Both the position numbers and the translations under genes were made by a program. The notes beneath the pieces are model-generated. The model had not been told where the DNA came from and searched no databases. It saw only the letters and a program-made list of their open reading frames with translations. A stretch of DNA of 62,748 bases, filler included, from Choristocarpus tenellus KU-1152 (Eukaryota > Protista > Phaeophyceae), in the NCBI GenBank assembly GCA_964200185.2. It is 7 parts of 7 records of this genome, joined end to end, with 100 filler letters (N's around TTAATTAATTAA, not from the genome) between each part and the next. Parts side by side here need not be neighbours in the genome. Positions count along the whole stretch, not along the records: positions 1 to 15,517 come from CAXNAD020000983.1; positions 15,618 to 25,109 come from CAXNAD020003634.1; 5 more parts are not named here. One strand, given 5' to 3'. This document shows positions 1-18,909 of the stretch, piece by piece (position 1 is the first letter of the stretch; the number at the start of each line of letters is the position of its first letter).

Positions 1-3000
1 TTCTCTTCGCCACCCTTGCCTGAGTGAACCACGCCGCCACAGAATCACACAATTCACACATTGGAGAATTTTTATATAGTTACAAGATTGCAGAACAATG
101 TCCTATGCACACAGCCAATTGACATTATGTTCCCTACGAACCAATGTTCACACTACCGTGCCTCTAGTCTAGCCCTACGAAGGGGGTTGAGGAGCTAGGG
201 AAGAATCCTAAGAATCTGTGGGACCCCTTCATGGCCCCCCTTGAAAGAGCTAGCTCTTTGTGCACTTACGGATACCATGTCTCAAACGAGTCTTGACAAA
301 TCACGGAGGAGGAAAATGAAAAATGTGTTGTATGGGAGCATGAGGGACTTCCAAGTCGTAGCATACCGACAGGGAATGGTGAGGGGTTGGTGACATATGT
401 AGAGAGCTTGTACGACTGGTATTCACTTGTTCAGACAGTAGGTGTTCCAACTGGGATAAGATCATAGGTAGAGGTTGGCAAGAAGCAAGCACATTGGAAT
501 CTTAGAATTGCGTAAGGACATAGAAATGGAAAGGAAGGGAGTTCTGATGGATAACATCGTGCATTCAATAAACTGGTCCCAACTCCCCATCCCAAAAATG
601 AGAAACCCTTACATCATGATTATGGAGCAAATGGAATTCTACCAGAAGATCTGGCAGGGCAAATCATCGGAGCAACATCTGGGAGAGGTGGTTTGGACTA
701 TGGTGGGGAAAAGATTAAAATTGGGAGGAAGAGAGAGCAGTGACACGCATCACACAAACTCACCTGAGTAAGAAGGGCCATAAGACAACTACCAAGGTTA
801 GAGAACAAACATGGGGCACGGAGTGGAAACAGGTTCGACAGGGTACCAGGCTCTTCTGGAGGAGGGACAAGGATAGGTGGAGAGATGGATGCAACCTTAG
901 CTGCCACAATTAAATAGAGTGAAGGGAGGCATGACCTGCAACATCTGCAGCGTCAGCCGGAGATCTAGGGCGGGTCACAAATTGGGTCCAGCTTCGGCAC
1001 TGCCCTCACCAGGTGGAGGCAGGTGAGCACCAGGTCAAGGGCTGCCAACAGGATCCTGGTGTGAGAACAATGATTCTATGTGACCGTATGGGGGAAACCG
1101 ATTTCTGAAGCCTCCCACAGCTAATCCACGCTGCAAGATTTGACAACTACAGCAACAGTACAGAGTGTCAACTGGTGAGGTCACGGGAAGAGGGATGGGG
1201 GACAAGGAACCAAGTAGCACAGCAGTAGCAGGTACAGGAAGGTGTGGCAGAATTGGTACACAGAGCCAGACAAGAGTCCTTGGGAATTTAGGGGGAGTGG
1301 AGACGGAGTTGAGAGGATAACAGGAGAAGGGAGGCACAAGAAGCAGCAGCAACTAATGCCAGCACAGGGGGACCCAAGTCAAGTCATCTCTTCAGACTTA
1401 CCAGCTCCAGGGAGTATACCTTTGGCTACAGTGACAAGTGGAGAAGAAAAATGAGTTTTGAACCAAATGAAAATGCCTTCCCACCTCCCAAAGCTTTAAA
1501 AATTTAATTTGTAAGGGAAAAACAGAAGAAAAGGGGAATACAGATAAAAAGGACAGGCTGGTTTGGCGAAAATCCCGTTGCAAAGCACCAGTCCACTAGG
1601 GGTGAAGGAAGTGAACGGATGTGGACAATGCACCAGTCCATAAGGCCTGTTTTACAATGCACCTGTTCACTAGGGAAGAAGGAAGAAAAGGTATGTTCCA
1701 ATGGTCCTGTGCTTAAGGGATAAAGTAGGTGAAAGAATGTGGGCAATGCACCAGTCTGAGAGACCTACTACATATACCTGTCCACTGGGGACAAAGGAAG
1801 TGGAATGATGTGGGGCAATACGCAAGTCTGAGAAGTCTGAGAAGTCTGTTGTAATCCATCTGTCCAACAAGGATGAAGAAAGAGCTGTTGAAGAGAGAAA
1901 GACCACACAGGGTAGAAAAGGATTAAATAATGATTGTAAGGAAGAGGGGTGGGCAGGGGGCAGATCAAGAACTACCCCACAATCATAGATATACTTAGGA
2001 TCAGTGAATAGGCGAATGGCATAGAGTTGAAGCATAGATAATGAAATTGTAGAGAAAGGTGGCAATTGCCGGGAAACTTGGAACGAAAGGCAGTCAGGGC
2101 CACAGCACTAGCACACATGGCCAAAGGAGACAAAAAGTCAAGTAAAAACAACAGGGGGGCACTTATTGATACCACGCACAGACCCCACTGATATTGCATA
2201 CCACTTTGGAGCCAAGGATCAATTCCCAGCAATACAAGCTCTACTGATTGTGGCACACTTGGGTGTACTGGTCAACATCAATCACCACCCTACCAACAAC
2301 TCCATGACCCTTGACAGGACCCTAGAGTATGGTAGTCACAGCAGCAAAAGCATATTTCATAAGGAAACAGGAGAAAAGAGAAAAAAAAAAGTCCAAACAT
2401 TGTGGGTTTGGGGAGAGTGGTAGTGGTAAAGAAAGATACGGCTCATGAGATGCAAGGTCTGAGAGTATCAAGTCTTGCAGCAATGATAGAAGAACCAAGA
2501 AAAATCAGGGTGATCCGTACCTATCCAGGAGTGAAGCGAATTAGGTATTTGATATTCCATCATGCATGTGCAGTAAGGTACATTACAATATGGGTCTTAA
2601 CTCAATGTGATTGTTTGGGTCACCCTCTCTTCTGCAGTGACATCTTTGTTTTGGTGGGCTTCTATTGTGTACGTAAAAGATGAAAATAGGGTGTATTGCA
2701 CGGACAGGGGTTAGTTAATATGGTGCCTGTAATGCAAAACAACCAAGCCATACATGCCTCTCAGTACGACTCATTTCCTCTTATTCGGCGCTATTTTTGT
2801 ATTGCCTTTCTGATGACAGTCCAAGCATTGTATACGTTGTTTTTTTCTCCATGGCAGCACCCGACAAATATTCTACCATCATTGCATCGTGTGCATCTAT
2901 CTAATATGCATTACACAACCAAATCAATTGCAAAGCGGAGTAGAGAGTGTTAATCTCGCAAGGGTATCCTCATTACTCAGTGGTTAACAGAGGCTGTTCA

Positions 3001-4530
3001 CTGCATGAGTTTTGCATGTTCGAAATCCATTGACGCCAGGTTCTCTTCATGGAAATCTGATTTCATATATCTGAAATCCATGTGGCAAGCACTATGGATT
3101 TTACACTTGTACTGCCCCATTTGTCACTATACCACAAAAATGATGGACCAGGAACAAGGTGATGACAAGACTCCATTGTCAAGCAATGCCGATGGGTGGA
3201 TCTAGGCCAAGAGTTAATAGAGGAGGTGGAGCAACCGCCAAGCAATGAGATGGCTGAAATCAATGCTCAAGAAGCAACACACTAATGGAAGCAGGACAAT
3301 TAATCATAGTGCAACAGTCAACTAGAGTAGGTAGTAAGGAGATGCTATACCTTGTTCCTTTCTTGCGTCAACAGCTTCATCTGTACATTATCTTTGCTGC
3401 ATTTGACCCCATATGAACTTAGATCACATCCCTATTATTGTTGAACAGAATGCTAGTTTATACATTTCTCAAGTTTTGTATTGAAATATTCTCCAGGGTT
3501 CATAACCCTAGCCCTAATAAGTAGAACGTTTCCTCTAACCTCCGTGTATCCCTTCAGACAATTTCCTTTGCACAGCCCTGTGAACGACAACTATTGTGTG
3601 TTCACCTTTTTCTGATGCTGCTTTCACACCTGATATCTAGACTTTCAAACCGCATAGGCCTTCCTCCGTCCAGCTCAACCCACCCAATCAACACCTGTGG
3701 CTTGAGCAACACCAGGCAATCTCAATGATGCGCCTAATAAGAATGGGATCAGTTCTCACTGCTGTACGACAGCTCTTGTTCGTCACTGTAAAGTCTGCCA
3801 ATGTTATCTGTCCACTCCTGCTCCTGTTTCTTCTGCTGACATATTTATGAGGGGTTACTGGTGTTATAGTCTTTTCAAAGAACAGGTGCGGGGATATTTG
3901 TTGTCACTTCCAATGATGAGATGGAAGAACAGGTCGCAAGAAGGAATGGGGCACTATCCAATAGAGGTTGTACGAATGTTAGTTGTTCAGTAATGACAGT
4001 GCAGGGTGGGGGTAGTAAAAGCTAGGCAGACCAGCTGTTGACTTGAAATATCCGGTCTATTTGGGAGAAGAACAACTCTGTAGAGTAGCAGACTCTTTGT
4101 ACCAATCTAGAATAGAGAAAAAAAGATAATGGGAAAATTTGAACAACCAGGAGAGAGGTGGAAGAGGGAGTCAAGGATCTTGCGTCAAGTTAAAAATAAA
4201 GGAGCGAAAAAATTCCTGTAGGAACAATGCTGCTTGCTCCTTAATGCAAGTGTCACTGCTCGGTTAAATTGACAAATAATATAAGGTTGCATAACAGCGT
4301 TCAAGGTGGTATGTGGGCACATGCCTGCTAGATGAAATATGGTATACGCCTCAATGAATTACACCAGATTTCTTCCTTGTTTATCCTCTTCACTCGCTCA
4401 ATGTATTGGAATTTTCCATACATGAAGTAAAGTAGTGTTAAGTGCCTTTCACCACAGCTTCCGTACTCTCCCCAGTCAAAGTGAAGATCATTGTGAAACA
4501 TAGCAAAGCTATAAAGTCACACATGGGCAA

Positions 4531-4788
4531 GAGTGAAACTATCTTAGAGGGTACGATTTTCTCCCTGTTTGTCCATTGTGGGACTTGGCTTCCCATGGGG
4601 TTTTTTTATGACATTTTCCGACTCCAAAATGTTTCGTAGTAGGTAAGATGTATACGTTATGAAAGATGTGCCCGAAACATAGATATTGACACTTCCTAGC
4701 AAACACGATAGCCAAAATTACGTCAAAATCACAACATTGTATTGACCCCCAAATGGACGCGGCTCTACCCTCTAAGATACTTTGGCTC
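4531..4788 (+). mobile_element. MITE family A, full copy (258 bp)
   Basis: TIRs GAGTGAAACTATCTTAGAGGGTA...TACCCTCTAAGATACTTTGGCTC; flanks GCAA/GCAC. Confidence 0.9.
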
Positions 4789-5149
4789 GCACGCTTCTTT
4801 TTTGGGGCCCTGGATTGTGTGTGAAGGACCCAAACAAGGTTGGTGTAAGTGTCATAGTTGTCATGGCAGAATTCAAGCCAGGATCATACCCCAAATTCCT
4901 CATCCAGAGAAATCTAGAACAAAACGGGAGAATAGAGCCAGCTATTGAAATATTTTGTACCCTCATTCAATCAACGGCAAACTGCATGATCTTCACACTG
5001 TTGTGATAGCCAGAGGTATCATTTAAGGTCAGCTTTGGCCTTACATATACTCGGTGCCATGAGATGAAGTATCCTGGAGAGATATTTGGTTTGATTTGCA
5101 CTCGGTACCCTTGGTGACCAATGTTTGTTAACAGTCTGCCACTGTTTGT

Positions 5150-5650
5150 CCCTATGTCCTACTGTACCTTCCCAACTCTGTTGTCACAGTGACTGGTGCA
5201 TCAGAGTATATGTGAGATGGAGGTTGTTGTAGATGCTAACTGGTCAACAAAATTTTGTTGGCATCTTATAGCAGATAAACGGCCCCCCAAAAAAATCAAT
5301 GTGTTGTTCTACTCTACCTGCCCCATTCTTCTGTTGCAGTGACTGGTGCATCAGATTGTGTACGTGATAAATATTCTTGTAGATGTCAAACAGTGAACAA
5401 AACGTTGTTGTTGGCATTTTAAGGTTGATATTGAAGACGATGTGGTCGCCCTACTGTATCTGCCCCCTTATGTTGTTGCGGTGATTGGCATACCAAATCT
5501 ATAAATACGTATGTATGTCATAAAATTCTTGTGTATTCCAAATAATCGTCAGAACAATATTGTTGCCATTTTAAGGTCAATATTGAACACTGCTATTGTC
5601 CCGTTGTACCTGCCCCATTCTGTTACTGCTTACTGCTTGTACATCAGAAT
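5150..5650. repeat. Diverged tandem array, ~3.4 units of ~143-150 bp
   Basis: Anchor CTACTGTACCTGCCCC...GTTGCAGTGACTGGTGCATCAGA recurs at 5159, 5309, 5452 and 5601. Confidence 0.75.
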
Positions 5651-6180
5651 ATATATATGTGTGTGTGTGTGTGTGGGTAGTGGTTGGAAACCTAGCATTC
5701 AGGACAACACAAGCTCCCACATATCCATCCACCAGCTTCACTCAGGGCTAGCAACTCAGCCTTTTGTCGTCTTCCCCTTTCTCATTCTTGAACTCCACTT
5801 GTATTTATTCTTGAAGGTCCTTATTCTTCTGTGTGTTGTATACTATTCACAGTTAGTTGTAAGTTGTATGCTTGCACTTCCTCATGATGCAGCCTGTTGC
5901 AAAGTCCTCAGAGCCCCGATTCCGATACCCCTGCTGTGTGAGATCAGTTCTATCTCGTGAATGGTATTGAATTGTGTGAATATGAGAGTGTTGGGTAGTG
6001 CATACGGTTCCCAGGTACCTCATGGAAGAATCCTTTGCACTTTGGATGACATCAGCAGGTCAATATTTTTCCCAAACTGACCTCTCGACTTCTAGATGCC
6101 AATGTGCCACTGCAAGTACTCTCCTTCAGATAATATATAGGCAAACAAACCCAATCAGAACAAGAAACCGGTAGGTAGAA

Positions 6181-6430
6181 GAATCAGAGTAAACGAGAGG
6201 TACCCATTTTACGGATGGTGACAAATATGTGCAGATTTGGATTTTTTTACAAATTTGTACAGGGTATTTTCTGAATTAGGTCAGAACGGTTTCGAACTAT
6301 AGAGAAGTAAACACTCCCGAGTCAAACTTAGAACTTCATCCATAGGAATATGACTGAATTGCAGAAGATTGCAAAACAGACTCAAAATGCAAGCAGCCAA
6401 AACCTGGGTAGCTATCATTTACTTTGGCTC
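6181..6430 (-). mobile_element. MITE family C (~240-250 bp)
   Basis: GAATCAGAGTAAACGAGAGGTACCC...GGGTAGCTATCATTTACTTTGGCTC; reverse-complement homologue of 19976-20214. Confidence 0.75.
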
Positions 6431-6818
6431 AAAGGGTGATACCCCCAAACAGATTGTGCGGCTCTATTGGACATAGTGGGGTGTGGGATCACCACAAAAA
6501 GTACATAGTATGCCCTGCACTCCTTTGCACCACCACCACCACAGTCACGGAACTAATCAAGACGAAGGGATTAATTTTTAACTTTCATGCTCAGAGCAGC
6601 TCCCCCTACTCAACAACCCTGATTCAACTCTGCATGTCCTGTATCAGTAAGTATGTCTTGCTAATGCCAGAATCCTCACCATCCATACATTCGAGTTGCC
6701 TGAAGAAGGCTAGGGGAAAAAACTGGAGGGGTAGATGTTCTGGACATAAGCAATACTGCACAAACAAAGAAAAGGATAAGTAGGGGAAACACTGATAAGC
6801 ATCTATTCATGTTTTTCC

Positions 6819-6991
6819 GACCCAAAGTATCTGGGGGAGGGTGGCGGCTGTCCAGTTGGGGTCAGTTTTTCCATGTCGCGATTTTTGTGTGATTTGGTTG
6901 CGTACGTCGGATGGATAATGTAAGTGCACCTTTCCCGGTCATGGCCAAAATGGACACCCTGGTGTAGACCCCCCCCCAGATACTTTGGGTC
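6819..6991 (+). mobile_element. MITE family B (~175-185 bp, poly-G TIR)
   Basis: GACCCAAAGTATCTGGGGGAGGGT...ACCCCCCCCCAGATACTTTGGGTC. Confidence 0.88.
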
Positions 6992-8601
6992 TCCTTCTCG
7001 AAAATATATCTTTGCGGGAAGAAAAGGCTATTGAGTTAGTTTATATTTGTCCACATTCAATATTACATCAGCAGCTAGCTGTAGCTACTAAGTAAGCATA
7101 TCACTCCTCATCACATAACAATTACACCATTTGATCTCATACATCTGCTCTCCACCTCTCTCAAGCAGAGACATCAGAACAGATCCAAATCAATCGCAAC
7201 AGGGGGAAATGCAAAGGCGTGCCACCAGGAGACAAGGTCACTACATTTACCTTTACAAGGTTACACTAGGATCTTTGGCAAATAAAAACGTGATGTAATA
7301 TGAACTTACTTCGTCAACGAAGGGGGTCACATGAGACAGCAAGAATTAAGCTTCACTATGCACTGCCTTTAGCATGGTACACCAGAATAATCTATGATTG
7401 AATAAGTGGTGGAGGTGTACAACACTGTGGCACAGAACAATGCATCTTGCCAGCAAGGTAGACAGGACGTAAGTCATCTCAGCTTCAACAAAAATTGGGC
7501 TGAGTAGTTCAACACAACCCAGAAACAATCTACCACCTTAAAGGATTGAAGCAAAGAAGCAACCCCAACAAACCCAACGTCTCTTCTGACACAAGTCTGT
7601 TGAAATATCAGGAAGTGAACATCACTCCCTCAAGAACTACGCTATAAAAATAAATAATGTGTAGTATCTTTTACACAACCCCTCAAACACTCCTTCCATG
7701 GTAAACATAAAAAAGTACAAACCATTTTGAGTCTTATAATTACCACCAGAAAATCGAAAAATATTACCAGCTTATCACACAAGACTCCCAGCTTTGCCCT
7801 TTGTATCCACTATGTCATCAAGGTTTTGAAAAAATTACCCAATGCCATGCCTAAAATAAGCCTTCACCTCATACAACTGTATGGTACTTGTGATCCCACA
7901 TATCCAATGCCTAACACCCATTAAACAAAAGCTGGTTCTCACACACAGAAACCAGCTTTAAAATACATGTATGTGTTGACTCTTACACCAATAACAAAGA
8001 GCAGCAGCTGGATGTACACAACCTCCCTACATTCTAGAGCACTAGAAGAGCTCTGCTAGTTGACAGGGAGCTTCGGAATCTTAACTGTTAACAGCAATCT
8101 CATCTGCTTATTCATCTCCTAATCCCTCTCACCCTTGCATATGCCATGCCACACCCATGCATGCATGCATGAAATGCTTTGTATCGCAACTAATCTGATT
8201 CTATATAACACTCACAATGGTCATGCAACAACAAAAAAATCAAATGTGCTTTCAGTGGTGTGAATGACAAGACCAACAACGCCACCTGCTCCACCCTTGC
8301 CTCTCACCCATACCTACAACCTTTTCGACACTCGACACTCGACAATACACACCCGAGTTTTTGGTCAATATCTGACTGAAGTCGGAGTCACCAACTCCTC
8401 CTATTCCAAGCATAAAAAAACTGCTGACTCAGGACGAGCCATGGCTCCAGAACAAACGCACGCACACCGACTCAATCTACACCCCAAGTATGCATATTTA
8501 CATCTTTCCTAGTCAGCATCACAGGAAACTTTTTGCAACATTTCACGAGAGATCTAAACATGTCACAACGGCAGTTTACAGGACCTCGCTCCGCAGTATG
8601 T

Positions 8602-13675
<5,074 letters not shown>

Positions 13676-14782
13676 CTGCCACCCTTCGTTCAACGAACAA
13701 ACCCGATAAGGACAGCCCCTTGTTTCCACCAAATCCTCAGCACGGATCCTGTGTGCACGTTATTCGGGGTCGAGAGGGAATGGTGGTTGTGCGGGAGGGT
13801 TGACCTGTTGCCATTCGTAGTATGATAGTTGGATGGTATCTACAAGTGAGCAAACGCCTAGCAAAGGTGTGCCATAATTTGCTTTCGAATTTTCTTATTG
13901 AAAGAAAGAAGGATTTGAAATCCAGGCTATACTGGGTTTTTTGGGGTGAGAAAAATGTATTTATCAGAGACAATGGGCCTACAATTTGTTTTGGAGAGAT
14001 TTGATATTTGATATGATATTTGATATGTATCAAATGATGCTATATGATACTGTATCAAAAAAAAATCGACCAAATTATCCCGTCTTCAAACATCTGACAT
14101 TTTTTGTCTCTGGTTCTTTTTGTGGTACCGAAGAACGTATGTATGGATGGAATGAACGGGTACCTTGGAGGCCCTTTGATATGGGAGTGCAACTGACGAA
14201 AATCAAAAGGTAGAGGATATAAAAGTCGGTCAATCAATCATCAGTTGAAATGTTGTATACACCTTGTCACAAAGACTCTTTGATTGGGAAGTGTTCATAC
14301 ATTACATGAGAGGGTGGGAGAATTAGTCAACACACAACCATGTCTGGGTTAATTTCTTCTGGATAATAGAATGTCGTCATCATGGCGGAAGAGGGTCGGG
14401 CAAACACATCCGACAATGTACTTGACCTTTCAAGCGAAGAGAATGATGCAGAGACGAGGAAGAACGCTATGCAGCAGACAACGAGGAAAGAGTCAAACCA
14501 ACTATAAGGTAGAGAGGGTTGGTTGCCTTTTAAGGATCTCGAGAAAGGACAAAACGGTGCTATTTTCTACACTACTTCCAGAAAGAGCCTTCAGTGAATT
14601 GTGATGTCACTTCGTGTGTGGAAAATGGGAATATCAATTTGTGCGTACTATTGTGCACATGAAGCATTGAAATAGAGTATTGCACAAGGCAAGAAAGATG
14701 GCTTAGGATGCAAAAGGGTTCAAACCTGCCTACCTCTCAATTGGTTTGGCTCGAAGTCGATGGTGATGTTGAGGTATCGACT

Positions 14783-15073
14783 CAGTCAAAGTGGTAGAGC
14801 CGCATCCGTTTGGGGGCCAAATAAAAAATGTTGCGATTTTGATGAAATTTTGGCCATTGTGTTTGTTAGGAAGTTTCATTATGTTTGTTCCAGACACACT
14901 TTTACATAACGTACACATTTTGCCTACTCCAAAATTACGATCACGCTCCCTCAGCAGGTTAGGTAGCCAAGAAGGGTTTCGGAGTAGGCAAAATGTAATA
15001 AGAAACCCGTGGGAAGTCAAGTCACAAACGGACAAACAGGGCAAAACTCGTACCCTCTAAGATACTTTCACTT
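14783..15073 (-). mobile_element. MITE family A copy with a damaged left TIR and a ~40-bp insertion in the central hairpin
   Basis: Collinear with other copies; ends TACCCTCTAAGATACTTTCACT. Confidence 0.85.
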
Positions 15074-15394
15074 GACTGTGAAATTTTCCCTTAAGACCAA
15101 CCAAAGAAAGGAAACAAATTTGGAACTTCTTTCATAGGTGTTGGGGCAGGCATTTCAAGGTTAGGGCTAAATGCCTTGTGGAGAAATGTGACCTGAAGAG
15201 GGCAGAGACCTCCTCTAATGATGGTGAGAGTAACCAGCAATTCATCATGACTAAGCTGTGGTCAAGAAGGCAACCATGGCATCACATACAGCAATGGGGT
15301 GGCGGGGTGCCATCCCTTAGAGATGGAGGTGAGGAAGGTGCACGGATAGAGATCACCTATTTTGAGGATGAACTGCACTACTCGCTAGAGGTAT

Positions 15395-15517
15395 GAGTCA
15401 AAGTATCTTAGAGGGTAGACCCGCGTCCATTTGGGGATCAAAATCCAAGTTGCGACTCTTATGTAATTTTGGCTGTTGTGTTTGTTACGAAGTGTCAATA
15501 TCCTTGTTCCAGACCCA
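15395..15517 (-). mobile_element. MITE family A copy truncated by an assembly gap
   Basis: Starts GAGTCAAAGTATCTTAGAGGGTAGACCCGCGTCCATTTGGGG. Confidence 0.85.
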
Positions 15518-15617
15518 NNNNNNNNNNNNNNNNNNNNNNNNNNNNNNNNNNNNNNNNNNNNTTAATTAATTAANNNNNNNNNNNNNNNNNNNNNNNNNNN
15601 NNNNNNNNNNNNNNNNN
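15518..15617. other. Assembly gap with artificial linker (same at 25110-25209, 38137-38236, 41542-41641, 51479-51578, 59538-59637)
   Basis: Each is N44-TTAATTAATTAA-N44, a six-frame stop linker. Not biological. Confidence 0.97.
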
Positions 15618-17806
15618 GGAGGGGGGAAGAGATTAATTTTTATGCGGTTTTGAAGCGCGGCAAAAAATTTTTTCCTCCTTTTTTCCTTTTTTTCCCCCCC
15701 CCCCCCCCCCCCCCCCCTCCTCTATCTTGACTTTTTTGTTGTCATGGTGGCATGTGACCAAGGGCTGCCCGGGCTCACTGTGAGCTGCACCTCTTGGAGC
15801 AATTCTCAGAAGGACTAATTGGGCTTGAAACAGGGTCACACGTTGGGGGGGTGGGGGACAGGACAGGAGAATCACTGAACATTCGAGAGTTGTCAGTTCT
15901 GGGCAAGATGCGTGACTTGTTTGTGCTCTCTCTCATGGAAAAGGTGATTGTTTGAAGTATCTTACTGTAGGAAAGTACGCATGGGATGGAATGGAGAGAG
16001 GAAGACCCATGCTAAGACTTGGAAAGAGGTGGGGGGTGTTTGATTAATTAGTAGTGGAAAAAATCGTACTCTAGCCTCTCGGCGTTCAAAAGGATACTTA
16101 ATGTGAGTAGGGGCGTTTCTATAGGTGTACATGTTATTTCATAATTTTGTCCTCCGCCCCTTGGTTTTGGGTTGAGGTATTCGAAGGCGTTTGTGTTGGT
16201 ATTTTTATATTTCTGACGGTAGTGGTGTTGTAGTTTTGATGGAAGAAGACACAATTTTCATTATATGTTTAAAATCAAATATTGATTTTTTTGTTAGGCC
16301 TGGGCTGGTGTTGCGTGGGTTTCTTTTTGGTACATAGTGAAGCGATTTTATCTGTTGGTGTTCCTGTATCTCAATCCCGTTGTCAAGAATAGTTACTGAT
16401 TAGTTGAGGGTGATTGGGGGGGGAGGTACTTGTCAGAACTTTACGTGAGTTGTATTATTAATGGTTCAATTTTCAGGGGTTTTATAGTTCTAATGGGCGG
16501 AAGATATTGAACCCCTCTCAGTTGAAACAAGTGCTCCAGTTGTAAATTGCCTAATCTTGTTGGAGTACTTGATGTGCCCTCCCCAAGTTGCTGAGGCATT
16601 CTGACTATGTGCCACACAGGATGGTACCCACTCTCTGGTCATCGAAAGGATATCTGTGTTTGTGTGGTTCAAATCTCATCACCTCTCGATTTTTTTTCAT
16701 CACACAAAACTGATGCTCTGATGGCGGCCATAGTGTACTGTATGATAGAGCCAAACCAATTGAGGAAGTAGGAAGGTCTAGTCCCTTTTTCATCCCAAGT
16801 CACCTTTCTTGCCCTGTGCCGTACACTCTATTCCATTGCTTCATGTGCACAATAGTGTACAATAGTCTACACAAAATTGATACTAACCCTTTACACACTT
16901 AAAGTGACACCACACTTCAGCAAAGGCTCCTTCTGGAATAGTACATATTGACCATCTTTTTGCCCTTTGTCTGTATCCTTAAAGTGCAACCCTGTCTACA
17001 TCTCAGTTAGATTGACTCGTAGCAATACCTTTTTTGGACAAAGCTTTGCACCCAAGTATTATCTATTTTTGCAGTAGGTAATTGTCTGCCATCATGAACC
17101 ACGGATGTAAATTATGAGTTGGGAAGAAACCAATGATCTTACGATTGATTTGACTTCTTTTGGGGTTGGTAGAACCCACACTAAAGCGCCAACCTGCCAA
17201 TACTACGCCCATGGCAATCTGTGATTTCTGTGAGAAAACAATGGCCTGTGCAGTACTGGACTATATTTACTCTGTGATGGATGTTGTGTGAGGTTGATGT
17301 GCATGCTGTATCATGCAACCTACGGAAGGAAAGGCACCTTGTTTTGACAACTCAAGTCCCCTTGCAACCAGCGCTATTGAGCTCTTTTGGCAGGAATTTA
17401 TAAGAGGTTTAGGGCGCGGCTATCAACCGTTTCAGGCTCCCTCCGCTACAGCAATGTTGTGGAAGTCCCACACGCCTGTTATTTGTTGCTCTCTGCTGAA
17501 GAAATTGTTGTTGTTGTGTGTCTGTTGAGAGCTCTCAACAGTGTTTGATTTTATTGTACCATGTTCCAGTTCAATGGGACTCGTGTCTCTATGTCAAACC
17601 GCTTCAATACATTCCGTCGCACCTCTTGCTCTCAGACTATCTATCCACATTGTTGTCCTGCGGTGGATACGGCACGTTTGATCTATTATCGGCTATGTCA
17701 TGGCACCTTTCCTTCCAGGCAGGTGATGCTGACCCTCTTCCGTCATTGTCTCATCTCCCCACCCACCCAACGGGGGACTGGCCCATCCTATTGCATCCTA
17801 TTACAG

Positions 17807-18909
17807 AACCTTGGGGATTTCCTTGAGATAGGTGTTATATCAGGCTCGATGGGGACAATTGTTCGGCAGGAGGTGCAGAAACTTTGCACAGAAGTTCGCC
17901 CAGAAGCAGTGGCACTGGTAGATGCCTGGCACTTCACTGACAAGTATTTGGGATCAGTTCTTGGTCGAAATGACGGGTAAGGGCTAATGTATGCCTGTGC
18001 AAATGTGTGTATGTGCGTGTCAAGCCCGCTTGGTTGATGTGTTTGTGTGGTTGATTTGAGATGTATAGATGAGGTGGCTGCTGTGAGTGTTGGGATGATG
18101 CTTCTGTGTTTGCTCTGTAGTAGATTATCATTGATTATCATCATTGATTGTGTGCAGTTTTAGTGCACGTGTTACATCAAGCAGTTGCCTTTGAAATTGA
18201 TGATGCCCAAACTCATTCTTATGTCCACAGTAGGCTCATTGCAGACATCTTCCCTTGATATGCTGAGATGAGTTACATGCATTCGTTCCACAGAAGAGAC
18301 TATGATATTGGTGTACAAGTAAGTAGATATGGTAGATATCCAGTGTGGATGGTTGTAACTGTAGAAAACTGTAGACAAGCACACACGCACACCACACATG
18401 ATGAAAATATGCATGAAGACCTGTCATGATGCATACGTGTAAGAGGGACACGAACCAGCCCTTCCCAAAATTTTTTGGGGGGGTCAGTAGCGATTGTGCT
18501 TTTCAAAAGGGTGTCAAAATGTAACTGTTGCTATGAATACCCCAGTACTGTTTTGCAACAGCTGGGAGGGGTGATAGTGGATCCATAAGTGTTGCTTTGC
18601 TTACCAAATGGTTCTGTAACAATGCATTTCCCGACTGCCTTGCTTTAAGAAAGAAGTTGACAACAGAGTCCTGTGAACAGCAACATAACTTCTCCACAAC
18701 CCTGCCATTCTCCCACCCCTGATAGAGTCTCATTACTCCAATCTTACACTCTGTACCATGCTCTCTCTTGACCTTGTCATTGTCACAGGCAAGTGTACAC
18801 AGGCATGATGGAAGCTGCCCTGACTGAGCCTCTCAATGCCTGTGATGTTTCACAGTCTGTCACACATGTACGCAAGCTTATTGGGGTGTGCCCCAACCCT
18901 CGACTTTAA
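17807..18909 (+). CDS. Peroxisomal acyl-CoA oxidase, last two exons (5' part not identified in this contig)
   Basis: Exons 17807-17976 and 18789-18909 (GT-AG, phase 2) give NLGDFLE...LCTEVRPEAVALVDAWHFTDKYLGSVLGRNDG/QVYTGMMEAALTEPLN...NPRL*. This matches the ACOX C-terminus (AVALVDAF...LGSVLGRYDGNVY...SPLN) and ends in a PTS1-like -PRL. Confidence 0.85.

Noticed and set aside
15562-15573. Recurrent TTAATTAATTAA palindrome, six times
   Set aside because: Always centred in N44 runs; an artificial scaffold linker. Synteny across these gaps cannot be trusted.
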